A DNA stretch of 64,000 nucleotides from an uncultured Eubacteriales bacterium. Its GTDB lineage: Bacteria; Bacillota; Clostridia; Christensenellales; CAG-917. Shown here piece by piece: positions 62,857 to 64,000 of this stretch. The notes beneath the pieces were generated by a model that was given only the letters and a program-made list of their open reading frames with translations, had not been told where the DNA came from and made no database searches. Numbering within the stretch: position 1 is the stretch's first letter; each line of letters begins with the position of its first letter. The translations under genes were made by a program, and so were the position numbers. The stretch spans positions 17,867 through 81,866 of the forward strand of contig URIX01000003.1 of assembly GCA_900547975.1 (NCBI GenBank). Reading direction: 5' to 3'.

Positions 62857-63414
62857 TCACATATCGAAGAAAGATATGTCGTTTTGCTCGACTTGCTCGG
62901 AATTTATATCCTTTACGGCAAGAGTTTTGAGCGCGCCGCTCACCGCTCTCACAACCGCAAGAATCAACAGCATACACGCGCCGAGTATGAGCGTCGTGTC
63001 CGCTCGGCCTTGCGACAAACCGCAACTCGCGCCGACGAAGAATATGCCGGCGGCGGCATAGTTGAATCCTTGCGCGACTTTGAGTTGATTTACTGATTTT
63101 TTGAGATTTTCAACGCTCTTATTTACCGATTTAAGCGAAATTATTGTGCTTACGAGCGAGAAAACCAATGCGCAAAAGCATATCACGCCGAGCATAATTA
63201 CAATCACGCCGGCAAGTCCGGTTGCGATTGCACTTGCGCCCGCCCCGATTGCCCCGTCAAGTGTGCCGTCGCTCTCGGACGGGTCGGTGTTCATAAGCAC
63301 GACGCCTATGACGAAGCACGCAACGGCTACCCCTGCGTATAAAACCGTACCAAGCGCGTCAAGCACTCCCGACGCTATAATCTTCGGTCTTGACTTTGAA
63401 TATTTCATATTCAC
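62857..63414 (-). CDS. Hypothetical polytopic membrane protein (185 aa)
   Basis: About 4 hydrophobic G/A/V-rich segments (e.g. LGTVLYAGVAVACFVIGVVL, GLAGVIVIMLGVICFCALVFSLV). No recognisable motif. Confidence 0.6.
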   Translation of the reverse strand: MNMKYSKSRPKIIASGVLDALGTVLYAGVAVACFVIGVVLMNTDPSESDGTLDGAIGAGASAIATGLAGVIVIMLGVICFCALVFSLVSTIISLKSVNKSVENLKKSVNQLKVAQGFNYAAAGIFFVGASCGLSQGRADTTLILGACMLLILAVVRAVSGALKTLAVKDINSEQVEQNDISFFDM

Positions 63415-63486
63415 CTCTCGACTTGCAAAAGTCTTTGCAAATATTGTGTTTGTCTATTGTTTTGTTCTATCGGTTACGCTTTGCGT

Positions 63487-64000
63487 TTATGCGTTCGTTT
63501 CACCGCTCGTTACGCCTTCGCCTGTTTGTTCACCGCTCGTTTCACCGCCCTCGGTTTCTTCGGGAACGTAGAACTCGAACCACGCTACGCCGTTGCCCCT
63601 GAGTTTTCTTTCAACGAATTGAACTTGCCATGTCGTTTCGATTTTGCCGTTCACAAACGTGAAGAAGAACACTCTGCCGCCCGCAATGCAGTACATCATA
63701 GTATCGTCCGCATTGTAGTAGAACGTAGTCACGGTGTGAGTTTGCAAATTATCGCCTTCGTAGTTGTCGCCGATATTGAACGCAATCGTGTTATTTTCGG
63801 AATCGAAGATTGCCGTTTCGGTGAGTTCTTTTCCTTCCTGCGGTGCTCTTGACTTAAATTCGACAACGCCTTCAACGCCTTTGAGAACGCTCGATTCATG
63901 CACTTCGGTGATGACGAAATCGTCGTATGAATATATACCGTTTTCAAAATAGTTGAAATTGAATTCGATTTTGCCCGATTCGTATTTGGTAATCGCAATC
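63487..64000 (-). CDS. Hypothetical protein, 5' end beyond the window edge
   Basis: The tracked ORF starts at GTG 63903, but the frame stays open through 64000 by my translation (...IAITKYESGKIEFNFNYFENGIYSYDDFVITEVHESS...). C-terminus is E/T/G-rich. Confidence 0.55.
   Translation of the reverse strand, partial: IAITKYESGKIEFNFNYFENGIYSYDDFVITEVHESSVLKGVEGVVEFKSRAPQEGKELTETAIFDSENNTIAFNIGDNYEGDNLQTHTVTTFYYNADDTMMYCIAGGRVFFFTFVNGKIETTWQVQFVERKLRGNGVAWFEFYVPEETEGGETSGEQTGEGVTSGETNA

Overview
This is a 64-kb chromosomal window from a Bacillota genome, most likely class Clostridia. Support for that placement: a type-A RNase P RNA, a spoVM-like micro-ORF, and gene order collinear with the Bacillus subtilis ylo and recN/argR regions.

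Positions 1 to about 12.8 kb form an AT-richer accessory block. It has a very AT-rich minus-strand module (an edge-truncated ParB-like gene plus an XRE repressor) and a consensus sigma-A promoter overlapped by three GTAATG-N5-CATTAC operators. About 17 tightly packed + strand ORFs follow. None looks like a capsid, portal, terminase, tail or integrase gene. Instead the block encodes:
- a rolling-circle Rep with all three HUH-superfamily motifs;
- a polytopic-membrane P-loop ATPase;
- a 730-aa protein with a signal peptide and a C-terminal anchor;
- a 37-aa single-TM micro-ORF;
- several N-terminally anchored proteins;
- hairpin-dense intergenic regions.

I read this block as an integrated inovirus-like ssDNA prophage, with a pleomorphic budding virus as the alternative. 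It is the best candidate for a poorly described system in the window.

From 13 kb onward the DNA is housekeeping and almost entirely on the minus strand: ynbB-like, miaA, mutL, mutS, miaB, (PBP1 on +), thiI, nifS-type desulfurase, Smr-less mutS2, pheT, pheS, an AT-rich orphan, rnpB (+), recN, argR, nadK, tlyA, recG, yloV, yloU, (rpmB on +), spoVM-like, rpe, rsgA, rlmN, rsmB, fmt, def, priA, coaBC, rpoZ, gmk, yicC, ligA and pcrA. A YegP-domain fusion protein and two hypothetical genes follow.

Between recG and tlyA lies a roughly 590-nt ORF-free structured region with its own near-consensus promoter, followed by a polytopic membrane gene. From synteny I interpret these as OLE RNA plus oapA.

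I saw no rRNA, tRNA, CRISPR array or transposase. All homology statements come from motif recognition by eye; no searches were run.
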